This document shows, piece after piece, positions 17,998 to 27,305 of a stretch of 64,000 nt of DNA. Every line of letters begins with the position of its first letter. Position 1 is the stretch's first letter. The translations under genes were made by a program, and so were the position numbers. Below the pieces are notes generated by a model. It had not been told where the DNA came from, did not search any database, and worked only from the letters and a program-made list of their open reading frames with translations. Location: the NCBI GenBank assembly GCA_963719425.1, contig OY970382.1, forward strand, positions 71,888 to 135,887, written 5' to 3'. Source of the DNA: an uncultured bacterium. Lineage in GTDB: Bacteria; Patescibacteriota; Minisyncoccia; UBA6257; 2-01-FULL-56-20.

Positions 17998-18780
17998 ATG
18001 GAATACGCGTACTTAAGCTCAACCGTTTCTATAAAAACCGTCTCCGAGGATGCGAAGAACGGCGTATTTGAGGTGGAAGGCCTTTTCGCCGGTTACGGGC
18101 TTACCATGGGGAACGCCTTGCGCAGGGTGCTCCTTTCATCCCTTCCGGGCGCAGCGGTTACGGAGATCAAAATCAAGGGCGTGCCGCACGAATTTTCCAC
18201 CTTGCCTGGCGTTAAGGAAGACGTGGTAGAGCTCATGCTCAACTTTAAGAAGCTCCGTTTTCGCCTGCACGTGGATGAGCCGCAGACGCTTGCCTTGAAG
18301 GTAAAGGGCGGGCGGATGGTCACCGGAAACGACATTGCGCTGAATTCCAGCGTGGAATTGATGAATCCTGATGAGGCGCTTGCGACGCTCACGGCGGATG
18401 ATGCGGAGCTTGATATGGAAGTAAAAGTGGAACGCGGTCTCGGCTATGTGCCCGTGGAGGCCAGAAAAACCGAAGGGCGCCTTGCCATCGGCACGATCGC
18501 GATAGATGCGATCTTCACGCCCGTCACGCGCGTGAACTACACCGTGGAAGACATGCGCGTGGGCGATCGGACGGACTACAACCGCCTGCGCCTTGAGATT
18601 GAAACCGACGGCACCGTAAGTCCTTCTTCGGCGCTCCACAAAGCGGCGAACGTTTTGAGAGACCACTCTGAAAAAGTGGCGGCGGTCGCCGTCGCGGAAT
18701 TTGAGACGCCGAAGGCCGCATCCGCATCGCATGCCGAACCGAAAAAGAAAAGTCGTTCAAAGAAAGCGAGCGAAAAATAG
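17998..18780 (+). CDS. rpoA: DNA-directed RNA polymerase alpha subunit, NTD only (no alpha-CTD; 260 aa)
   Basis: N-terminal dimerisation domain is clear (GYGLTMGNALRRVLLSSLPGAAVTEIKI...). Ends in a basic tail ...AEPKKKSRSKKASEK with no HhH CTD. rplQ starts 13 nt later. Confidence 0.85.
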   Translation: MEYAYLSSTVSIKTVSEDAKNGVFEVEGLFAGYGLTMGNALRRVLLSSLPGAAVTEIKIKGVPHEFSTLPGVKEDVVELMLNFKKLRFRLHVDEPQTLALKVKGGRMVTGNDIALNSSVELMNPDEALATLTADDAELDMEVKVERGLGYVPVEARKTEGRLAIGTIAIDAIFTPVTRVNYTVEDMRVGDRTDYNRLRLEIETDGTVSPSSALHKAANVLRDHSEKVAAVAVAEFETPKAASASHAEPKKKSRSKKASEK

Positions 18781-18792
18781 CCGAGGAATTCC

Positions 18793-19146
18793 ATGCGTCA
18801 CTTGAAGAAAGGGAAAAAATTTGGTCGTTTGCGCGGCGCGCGGATCACTTTCATACGCAATTTGGCAAACGACCTCATCCGCGCGGGGCGCGTCACAACG
18901 ACGGAAGCCCGCGCGAAGGCGATCCGCCCGCAGGTGGAGCGTTTGGTCACGTTCGCAAAGAAGCAGACGCTTGCCGCCCGCCGCGAACTTTTAAGTCGCG
19001 TGCATAACGAAAAGATCGTGAACAAGCTTTATCACGATCTTGGGCCGCGCTACGCCGAGCGCCATGGCGGATATCTTCGTATCACAAAACTTGCAAAGAG
19101 CCGCAAACGGGACGGTTCGCGCTTGGCGCGGATTGAATTTGTATAA
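18793..19146 (+). CDS. rplQ: 50S ribosomal protein L17
   Basis: MRHLKKGKKFGRLRGARITFIRNLANDLIRAGRVTTTEARAKAIRP... Confidence 0.9.
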   Translation: MRHLKKGKKFGRLRGARITFIRNLANDLIRAGRVTTTEARAKAIRPQVERLVTFAKKQTLAARRELLSRVHNEKIVNKLYHDLGPRYAERHGGYLRITKLAKSRKRDGSRLARIEFV

Positions 19147-19157
19147 TAAGCATTCCT

Positions 19158-19505
19158 ATGGATTATCACATTGACGCAAAAAACAAGGCATTGGGGCGCG
19201 TGGCATCGGAGATCGCACTCATGCTCCAGGGCAAGAAAAGCGCTTCCTACGTGCGGAACCGCGTTTCGGGCGACAAGGTATACGTGAAGAATTATAAGGA
19301 CATCATGGTGACCGGCGCGAAGCGCACGCAGAAGATCTATTACCGCCACACGGGCTACGTGGGGCACCTGAAGGAGCTTACGTTTGAACAGAAGTTTGCG
19401 AAGGATCCGAAGTCGGTCCTCCGCCATGCGGTCCGCAAAATGCTTCCCCGGAACTTCTTGACGCAGAAAAGGTTGAACAATTTGATTTTCGTGGATTCCG
19501 AATAA
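19158..19505 (+). CDS. rplM: 50S ribosomal protein L13
   Basis: KALGRVASEIALMLQGKKSASYVRNRVSGDKVYVKNYKDIMVTGAKRTQKIYYRHTGYVG. Confidence 0.85.
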   Translation: MDYHIDAKNKALGRVASEIALMLQGKKSASYVRNRVSGDKVYVKNYKDIMVTGAKRTQKIYYRHTGYVGHLKELTFEQKFAKDPKSVLRHAVRKMLPRNFLTQKRLNNLIFVDSE

Positions 19506-19506
19506 T

Positions 19507-20046
19507 ATGGCCGCAGAAAAAGAAACCAAGCATACTGCATCGCACGCCGCGCCGCGCGCGCATCGGGCACCCGCAGCGGCAACGCGTACGGCCGCTCTGC
19601 GCTCGGCGCACGCCGTTGCTGCCGCCGTGCATGGTTCCCGCCCAACACACGCTGCTCCCCAGGGACGTTACAGCGAGGCCATCGGCCGCAGGAAGACCGC
19701 TGTTGCGCGCGTGCGGATCATAGCTGGCAAAGGAAATGTGACCGTGAACGGCCGAGAGCCAACACAATATTTCGTGCTGCCGCGGCTTCTTGCAATCGCA
19801 CTCGCCCCGCTTCGCGAACTGAAGCTTGATGATGTTGATGTGAGCGTGAAGATCGGGGGTGGTGGCATAAGCGCCCAGGCCGAAGCCGTGCGCCACGGCA
19901 TCTCCCGCGCGATCGTTGTCCGGACGTCCGAATGGAAACCGCGCCTCCGCGCATTGGGTTACCTCACCCGCGACTCCCGTATGGTGGAGCGCAAGAAATA
20001 CGGTTTGAAAAAAGCGCGCAGAGCTCCGCAGTGGGCGAAGCGCTAA
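19507..20046 (+). CDS. rpsI: 30S ribosomal protein S9 with ~50-aa Ala/His/Arg-rich N-terminal extension
   Basis: C-terminal GRRKTAVARV...GGGISAQAEAVRHGISRAIV...KKARRAPQWAKR. Confidence 0.85.
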   Translation: MAAEKETKHTASHAAPRAHRAPAAATRTAALRSAHAVAAAVHGSRPTHAAPQGRYSEAIGRRKTAVARVRIIAGKGNVTVNGREPTQYFVLPRLLAIALAPLRELKLDDVDVSVKIGGGGISAQAEAVRHGISRAIVVRTSEWKPRLRALGYLTRDSRMVERKKYGLKKARRAPQWAKR

Positions 20047-20130
20047 GCTCGCGTTTAGAACCACGAACTTTACGAACTATAGCTCAACAAAAGCTTCGGC
20101 GACAACCATGTGTTCAAAATATGACTATCG

Positions 20131-20910
20131 GTGTATAATAGCTCTATGGAGTGGCTCGTATACCTAGCGGTCATCATCGTCATCATTCTTCTCGCGGGGA
20201 TCAAGGTGATAAAAGAATATCAGCGGGCGGTCGTCTTCCGCTTGGGTCGCCTTGTGGGCGCGCGCGGCCCTGGCCTGATTTACATCCTCCCGATTTTTGA
20301 AAAGATGGTGCGGGTCGGCCTTCGCACCGTCACCATGAACATCCCGTCGCAGAAGATCATCACGAAGGACAACGTTTCCATAGACATCGCGGCGGTGGCG
20401 TACTACCACGTGGTGGACGCTAAAAAATCCGTGGTCGCGATTGAAAACGTCCACGACGCGGTGAACCAGATCAGCCAAACGACGGTGAGGAACGTCGTCG
20501 GCCAGTTCATGCTTGACCAATTTTTATCGCAGACGGTTGATATCAATGAAAAGATAAAAAATGTGATTGACGTCCATACGGAGCCGTGGGGCATCCAGGT
20601 GACCGCAGTTGAGATCAAGGACGTTATCCTGCCCGAGAACATGCAGCGGGCGATGGCGAAGGAGGCCGAGGCCGAACGCGAGCGGCGGGCGAAGATCGTC
20701 GCCGCGCAGGGCGAATTCCAAGCGGCTGAAAAATTGGGGCAAGCGGCCGAAATCATTGCCGCGCACCCCGTCGCCCTCCAGCTCCGCACGCTCCAAACGA
20801 TGGCGGAGATCGCCACCGAAAAAAACTCCACGATCATTTTCCCGGCACAGTTCATGACGACGGTCAAAGAAGCCCTCGAGACGCTTCAACAGGATAAGAA
20901 GAATAAGTGA
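20131..20910 (+). CDS. SPFH/band-7 (stomatin-like) membrane protein
   Basis: N-terminal TM. IKVIKEYQRAVVFRLGRL...ITKDNVSIDIAAVAYYHVVD...ENMQRAMAKEAEAERERRAKI. Confidence 0.8.
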   Translation: MYNSSMEWLVYLAVIIVIILLAGIKVIKEYQRAVVFRLGRLVGARGPGLIYILPIFEKMVRVGLRTVTMNIPSQKIITKDNVSIDIAAVAYYHVVDAKKSVVAIENVHDAVNQISQTTVRNVVGQFMLDQFLSQTVDINEKIKNVIDVHTEPWGIQVTAVEIKDVILPENMQRAMAKEAEAERERRAKIVAAQGEFQAAEKLGQAAEIIAAHPVALQLRTLQTMAEIATEKNSTIIFPAQFMTTVKEALETLQQDKKNK

Positions 20911-21068
20911 AAGATGCTCCATAAAGTAAAGGCCGGGGATTCAATGCAACCCATAAAAAACGCAAATAAAATCACTTTGGATTTAGCAGGATCGCACGCA
21001 TGCGCGGCTTAGTCGACTGGCGCGGCGCGGACAATAAATCTTGTTTCTGCTAAAAACAAACAAAACAA

Positions 21069-22593
21069 ATGAAAAAAATTATTTCGGTCGGTTCTGTTTT
21101 AGTCCTTAGTGTGGGGCTTTTAGTTAGTGTTGCGCACGCGGCGACAATTTGTACTCCAATAACTGGAGGTGGAACGAAAACTGACACGATAGGAACGGGT
21201 GCGGCAAGTGTAGCTGGCAATAATTTAGATGCAGTTTATGGTCTGATTACTGCTTCCGCTTCTGGAGCGTTGCAGTCAATAGGAATTGATATGGTGGCTG
21301 GGAGGCAGTGGAGATGTAGCGGTTGCCCTTTATTCCGACGTTAGTGGAGCTCCTGGAGCTATACTTGCTCAAAGTGCGAGTGTTCCTACCACTTCTGGCT
21401 GGCAGGAGATTCCCATCACTGGTGCGAGCATTGTTGCAGGAACAAGCTATTACTTGGCAGAGGAGTTCAGTAGTTCCGCTGATACGTGGTATTACATAGC
21501 TACACCTAACGCTTGGTATTATCCTTATACTACTTTTGGGACTTTCCCGACGAGTGTCACTTGGGTTTCCAACACCAACATCATTGAGACGAGCATGACC
21601 TACACGACCGGAGCGACGCCGGTCGATTGGGGTGCTGTCCCTGTAACAAATGCTGCGGTCGTTGCAACGACGGGGCAAACGATAACCGGTCCGATTGACG
21701 CGACCGGATGCGACGTCGGAGTTTACGTAGGCCCTGCCGTTTCGGGAGTAACCGTCACCGCAAAGGTAAGTAATGCACATTATGTGGGGATATACGTAGA
21801 CGGTGGCAATGCAAATGTAACCGGTTCAACGGTCTCCAACGTCGGTGATAACCCCTTTGACGGAATGCAGTATGGCTGGGGCATAGCGTACGTAAACAAT
21901 GGTAGTAATGGAGCGACAGGGAAGGTGACCAACACCCGCGTCAGTTCTTATCAAAAGGCAGGAATAGTAGTCTTGGGCCAAGACACCAACGTGACCCTTT
22001 CTGGCGATACGGTAACCGGCAATGGACCAGTACCGTATATAGCGCAGAACGGCGTAGAGTTCGATTCTGGGGCCAACGGCTCTATAACGAACAGCCAGGT
22101 AAGCGGGGACAGCTGTACCCTCCCAGGAACTTGTGGAGAAGATTACTTTGCCACCACCCAGTCAGTTGGCATATTGTTAGATGATGCGGCGTCTGGCGTG
22201 GTAGTCTCAAACAATAAAGTGTCGTCGAGCGACATAGGAGTATGGGCGGGATACGACAGCCAGTATGGCTCGTCAGAACCGGAAAGTGTAAGTAACAATA
22301 CCCTTCAGAACAACTATGGCTATGGGCTTCTCTTTGACAGTGTCAACGGGACAAGCACGAACAACTACTTCCAGAACAATCCGGTGGGACTGCTCGTGAC
22401 AGACTATTCGGCTAATTCCTATGTGACGAGCATCAATGATCAGTTCATGAATAATAAGGTGAACAACGAGGCACTTCAGATGCCGGGATCCTCATTTAAT
22501 GAGAATCTTGTCGTTGAGACCAGTGCTTGGCCGATGCATTTCCCGTTTCCCGGACCGCACGGACCGCACGGACCGCACTTCCCTAAGTGGTAA
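21069..22593 (+). CDS. Secreted parallel beta-helix repeat protein with His/Pro-rich C-terminus; reading frame interrupted by an apparent +1 frameshift near 21290-21340 (pseudogene or sequencing/assembly error)
   Basis: Signal peptide MKKIISVGSVLVLSVGLLVSVAHA in frame 0 (21069..21344). Body in frame +1 (21286..22593) has NxTxSGxTVTGNG / SNNKVSSSDIG beta-helix-type repeats. Frame +1 opens only immediately after a TAG, so the shift must lie in the overlap (G-run ctgggagg). Confidence 0.5.
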
Positions 22594-22696
22594 CGACCCG
22601 GATTCCCGTGACTTCATAAAAGGGCAGCTGCGTCAATGACCCGGCGGGACGACCGCGGATGCTCAGTTTGCGCGCCGGTGTTACAATAAGTGCAAT

Positions 22697-23294
22697 GAAA
22701 AGGGCCATCATTGTGCATTGTTGGGAAGGATATCCGGAGTATTGTTGGTATCCGTGGGTGCAGCATCAACTTGAAGCAAAGGAATTTTTGGTGCAGGTCC
22801 CTGCTTTTCCGGAGACAGAAACTCCCCAGCAGGCAAAATGGGTTCCCTTCCTCGCGGAAAAAGTGGACAAGCCCGACGACGATCTGTTCCTTGTGGGTCA
22901 TAGCGTGGGATGCATCACCATTCTCCGATATCTTGAAACACTCAAGGAGGGTGAACGGGTAGGGGGCGTGGTCTTGGTCGCGGGATATACGGACGACCTC
23001 GGCTACAAGGAACTCAGTAATTTTTTCCAAGCCCCGCTTGACTTCCGGAAGATCAAATCCAGATCAAAGTGCGGTTTCGTTGCCATCCATTCCGATGATG
23101 ATCTGTATGTTGATCTCAAATTCGCCGCTGTTTTTAAAAAAGAACTCGGCGCCGAAGTGATTGTCAAGCATGCGATGGGACATTTCTCCGGTCCGATTGG
23201 AAAAGAAGGGTCGTGCACGGAACTTCCGGACGTCGTTCGGTCTATAGAAAGATTATCCGACGCGCGCTTCAAGCACGCGATGGCCAGCCCTTAG
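22697..23294 (+). CDS. Alpha/beta serine hydrolase, YdeN/RBBP9 (Ser_hydrolase) family
   Basis: IIVHCWEGYPEYCWYPW...LFLVGHSVGCITILRYLE...VVLVAGYTDD...FVAIHSDDDLYV...HAMGHFSG (GxSxG nucleophile elbow, Asp, His). Paralogous to the domain inserted in leuS. Confidence 0.65.
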
Positions 23295-23314
23295 TGTTAG
23301 AATTTAAACAACCC

Positions 23315-24460
23315 ATGTTTAAAAACCCTCTGAGGGGCGTTTACATAATGAACGCAATCTATGGTCTCGCAGGGTCTTTCGTGGGAATTTTTATACCGAT
23401 ATATCTGCTTCGAAAAAACCTGAATCCCGCCAACGTTTTCGGTTTCTATCTGGTCTACACCGTCGGCATTCTTATCTTCTTCTTTCTTGCCAATCATATC
23501 GTCCGCGCGCTTGGTCTCCGGAAGACCGTGCTCCTCGGCTATCCATTCCTCTTTTTATATTTCTTTCTGCTGTATACGCTCGACCAATATGGCACTCCGC
23601 TTTATGTCCTCGCTATCATAAATGCCTTTCAGACGTCACTCTATTGGTTTCCTCTTCACATGTGGCTTACGAATACCTCGCGCGAAGGAAGCATTGGAAA
23701 TGATCTAGGAAAATTCTTCGCGGCTTCACAAATAGTTGGACTGTTTGCGCCGGCCATCGCAGCATTTATCGTTCTTTTCTTGGGGTTCAAGGCGCTCTTT
23801 ATCTTTGCCGGCGTAATTTATCTCATATCGGCAATCCCTATGTTCTATTTGCCGGAATTCCCGTTCAAGGAAAAAATCCGAATGGACAGATTCATAATGT
23901 TATTGAAAGAATATCCGCATTATATTGTTGCAGAGATCTTTGAGAATATACGGGAAGATGCAGAAGCCATAATCTGGCCTGTCTTTATTTATTTAAGCTT
24001 CCGAAATATTCTTTCAATCGGTTACATCGGGACCATAAGCGGTGTGGGCAGCATTTTATTCATATGGCTCGTCGGAAAATATACCGATAAAATAGATAAG
24101 CGAAAACTGCTTGGTGTCGGTGCGATTATCATGGTTATTACCTGGATTCTTCGGTTATTCGCATATACTCCGCTTTCAGCCTATGTGCTCACTCTTGTCG
24201 CGGCGTTCTTTGCGGCACTTATCCTTATCCCTATCAACACTATCGTATACGGCGTAGCAAAGCGTGAAGGCGCTCCCACCTTTATCCTCTTTCGAGAATT
24301 CGGCGTCACGCTTGGGCGACTTCTTCTTTATCTCTTTGCCTTTTTAGTGCTCTCCTCCATAAACTACATATTCGTATTCACCGCAATAGCGTGCTTCGGT
24401 TTGTTTTACCTTTCACGAAAAAATCTGGAAAGGCCGGAACTGACTGTTATCACACCATGA
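23315..24460 (+). CDS. MFS transporter
   Basis: 12 predicted TM helices (MFKNPLRGVYIMNAIYGLAGSFVGIFIPIYLL...). Start chosen downstream of the hydrolase stop. Confidence 0.7.
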   Translation: MFKNPLRGVYIMNAIYGLAGSFVGIFIPIYLLRKNLNPANVFGFYLVYTVGILIFFFLANHIVRALGLRKTVLLGYPFLFLYFFLLYTLDQYGTPLYVLAIINAFQTSLYWFPLHMWLTNTSREGSIGNDLGKFFAASQIVGLFAPAIAAFIVLFLGFKALFIFAGVIYLISAIPMFYLPEFPFKEKIRMDRFIMLLKEYPHYIVAEIFENIREDAEAIIWPVFIYLSFRNILSIGYIGTISGVGSILFIWLVGKYTDKIDKRKLLGVGAIIMVITWILRLFAYTPLSAYVLTLVAAFFAALILIPINTIVYGVAKREGAPTFILFREFGVTLGRLLLYLFAFLVLSSINYIFVFTAIACFGLFYLSRKNLERPELTVITP

Positions 24461-24903
24461 AGATAAAAGACCGCTTCCGGCCGTTCGCAGCCGTATATGT
24501 ATTGTTCGTGAGGAACGACAAAATTTTAATGGCGCGCCGCGCCCATACTGGTTATCAGGATGGAATGTACAGCCTGCCGGCAGGCCATATTGACGGCAAT
24601 GAAACATTAAGAGCCGCGGCAGTACGTGAAGCCCGCGAGGAAACGGGAGCCACGATTGCCCAAAGAGACCTTGAACTAAAGCTCACCATGCACCGGATTC
24701 ATGACCGGGAATATCTTGACGTTTTCTTTCTTGTGAAAAAATGGCGCGGCACGATGCGGAACCGCGAACCGCACAAGTGCGACGATTTGAGTTGGTTTCC
24801 ACTCAACGCTATTCCTAAAAATACCATTCCCTACGTCCGCGAGGCGATCAGGTGCTATCGGAAGGGGATCCGGTATTCGGAATTCGGATGGGCAGGGCGG
24901 TAG
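24458..24903 (+). CDS. NUDIX hydrolase
   Basis: Nudix box GHIDGNETLRAAAVREAREETG. Confidence 0.75.
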
Positions 24904-24919
24904 GGGCGGGTACCGCGCG

Positions 24920-27208
24920 CTAAGCCGTTATGGCCGTTTCGGCGGGAGCGTCCTCAATTTCGCACACGCCGCCCACGCACGCGAGTTCTTTTTTCACATC
25001 GGTCATGTCTTCCCGTTCATAGAGGATGATCTGTGAGAAATCGAGCGCGGGCATTTTGGCGAGCATCTCCTCGTAGCGTTCCTTTGTGATTTCCTCGTAG
25101 GGCGCGAGGAGATATGCGTGGTCCTCGCGCGGAAGGAAGGAGACGCCGCCAATGATATCCCAGTTCTCGTAAACCCAATCCGCGACGCCAATCCATTCGT
25201 TTTCGCCCACGGAAATCGTGACCGAAGGATTATGTTCGGTGTAGTTCGTTTTCACCTTCTTCCAGTACTCAAGCTGATCGAGCGCCGTGAGATCGTTTTT
25301 TGTCAGCGCGCCCTCGGGGGCCTTCACGGGGAATTCCACCACATAGAGATTCGCCGAGGAAAGCGACTGGCCCACCTCGGGGAAGTAGTGCACCTTTTGG
25401 TCCTTCATCATCTGGAAAAGCGCGTCGGACGCCGCGATGCGCACGCGGCGGATGTAGTACTTTGCATGGCGCGCGTGAAGTCCCGAAGAGGAATCCACCG
25501 TTTGTGAGAGATTGCCGGACGGCTTCACGCAGGTGGTTGCCATGGAAGGATTGATGCCGAAGCGCTTGGCGTACTCGGCGTTCACCTGAATCGCGCAGTC
25601 GCGGAGTTTCCGGAACACATTTTCGTCGCGTACCGCGGCACAATCCCATTGGCCGGTCACGGAAACGCCCAAAAGCCGTTCGCGCTCGCAATTTTGCTTC
25701 CATTCTTTGGAAAGATAGGGGAAATTGGTGAGCGTGGATTGGTAGGTACCCAGAATGGTCGCGAGCCGCATCTTTTTAAGCAAGGTTTCTTCGGTATCCT
25801 CGGCGCGGGCCACGACCTCGGAGAGGTTGCAGAATTCCTTCGGCTGGAGGATGATTTCGCCGCACGGATTCGTGCCCAACCGGTTGATCTCTTCTTTCAG
25901 GAATTTCTTGCGGCGTTCGGGAAGCTGGAAGACCATACCGCCGCGATTGAAGATGCCCCGCTCGCCCGTGCCGCTCTTTGCAAGCGAGAGCCATTCCTCA
26001 AGGAATTGCGTGGAATTCGGCCTCTCGGTATAGACCGCGGAGTTGTTCGCCATGGAGCGCTGAGGTTCCGTGATCCAGAACTGTCCCGTCTTCGCTTGCC
26101 GCATTTCCGGATCGTCAAGGTCAGAGAGGGAGATCGTGGCGCTCCGGCGCACGCCGCCCGCGACGACGATCTCGCCGATCTTGCAGCAGATATCGTGCAC
26201 GTCAATATTGGAAAGCCGCCGTCCCTGCTTCGCAAGAATCTTTCTTCGTGCGAAAGAGAGCAATGCGCGCAAGGGTTCGGGACCCGAGCTTTTGCCGCCC
26301 ATCGTTTTCAAGCGTGCACCCGCAGGACGCAATTGCGAAAAATCAAACTCAATGTCCTTGCCGTCAAACCAGGTTTTGAGCCCTAAGGTGAGTGCGTTGC
26401 ACCATCCTTCTTTGCTGTCGTCGATCACATGCGCCGGCAATTTCTTCCCGGTTTGCTTTTTGATCTGCGGAAGTTTTTGTACGTTCTGGCTCTCCACGTT
26501 GAAGCCCACGCCCGTGCCGCACATGGAGATGTACATCATCTCGGCGAAGTCCTCCGATTTCTGCGGCGCGAGATACGAGCAATTGAATGCGGCGACGTTC
26601 GTGGAACGGGCTGCGACGCCTGCGAACTGCAAAAGCCGCATGGATGGCATCGCCTCCTGTTTCAAAATTCCTTCGCGGACTTCCGCGTACTCGGCATCGG
26701 TGAGTTTCCCGCCGAGATTTTCTTTCATAAAACTCACATAACGGTCCACCGTCTCTATCCACGTTTCGCGGCGGCCCTCTTCAGGGATCCACTTGGAATA
26801 CGTCCGATAGTACACGAACTCGGCGAGCTGGTTCCTGAAATATTGCTTGCTCTCTTCGGCAAGTTTTCGCACGCGCTCCGGGATCTCGCGTTTCATCTCG
26901 CGGATCTGCGCGCGGTCGGCGCGGTACAAAATATACGCCTTCGCGGTCTTTGAGTAGTCCATGAGGATGAGCTGCGTCTCCACAGTGTCCTGGACCTCCT
27001 CAATCGTGGGAATATGCTCTTTCGGAAACTTTTTTTCAAGCGTAGCAACCACTTGTTCCGAAACTTTCTCCGCGTCTTCCTTTGATTTTGCCTCCCCGGT
27101 CACGTTCATCGCTTTCGCGATGGCGTTCGTGATTTTATCTTGGTCAAATGGCACGATGCGCCCGTCCCTTTTTCTTACTTCCCCGAAGTGGTGTTTTCCG
27201 AAGATCAT
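24920..27208 (-). CDS. nrdJ: Class II (adenosylcobalamin-dependent) ribonucleotide reductase with N-terminal ATP-cone
   Basis: ATP-cone VRKRDGRIVPFDQDKITNAI. Active-site NPCGEIILQPKEFCNLSEV. C-terminal Cys pair ACVGGVCE. Confidence 0.8.
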   Translation of the reverse strand: MIFGKHHFGEVRKRDGRIVPFDQDKITNAIAKAMNVTGEAKSKEDAEKVSEQVVATLEKKFPKEHIPTIEEVQDTVETQLILMDYSKTAKAYILYRADRAQIREMKREIPERVRKLAEESKQYFRNQLAEFVYYRTYSKWIPEEGRRETWIETVDRYVSFMKENLGGKLTDAEYAEVREGILKQEAMPSMRLLQFAGVAARSTNVAAFNCSYLAPQKSEDFAEMMYISMCGTGVGFNVESQNVQKLPQIKKQTGKKLPAHVIDDSKEGWCNALTLGLKTWFDGKDIEFDFSQLRPAGARLKTMGGKSSGPEPLRALLSFARRKILAKQGRRLSNIDVHDICCKIGEIVVAGGVRRSATISLSDLDDPEMRQAKTGQFWITEPQRSMANNSAVYTERPNSTQFLEEWLSLAKSGTGERGIFNRGGMVFQLPERRKKFLKEEINRLGTNPCGEIILQPKEFCNLSEVVARAEDTEETLLKKMRLATILGTYQSTLTNFPYLSKEWKQNCERERLLGVSVTGQWDCAAVRDENVFRKLRDCAIQVNAEYAKRFGINPSMATTCVKPSGNLSQTVDSSSGLHARHAKYYIRRVRIAASDALFQMMKDQKVHYFPEVGQSLSSANLYVVEFPVKAPEGALTKNDLTALDQLEYWKKVKTNYTEHNPSVTISVGENEWIGVADWVYENWDIIGGVSFLPREDHAYLLAPYEEITKERYEEMLAKMPALDFSQIILYEREDMTDVKKELACVGGVCEIEDAPAETAITA

Positions 27209-27305
27209 TGATAAAAAATTAATGAATATTTAATTTCGACGTAAACCCATTGTACCACCACCCCCTGTCAAAGGGGAGGTGTGGATAGTAATTCTTTCAT
27301 CAACT

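Noticed and set aside
24920-27208. Intein in nrdJ, or the leuS insertion as an intein
   Set aside because: nrdJ length is normal and its motifs are contiguous. The leuS insertion lacks intein splice-junction residues and homing-endonuclease blocks, and instead has an alpha/beta-hydrolase catalytic triad.
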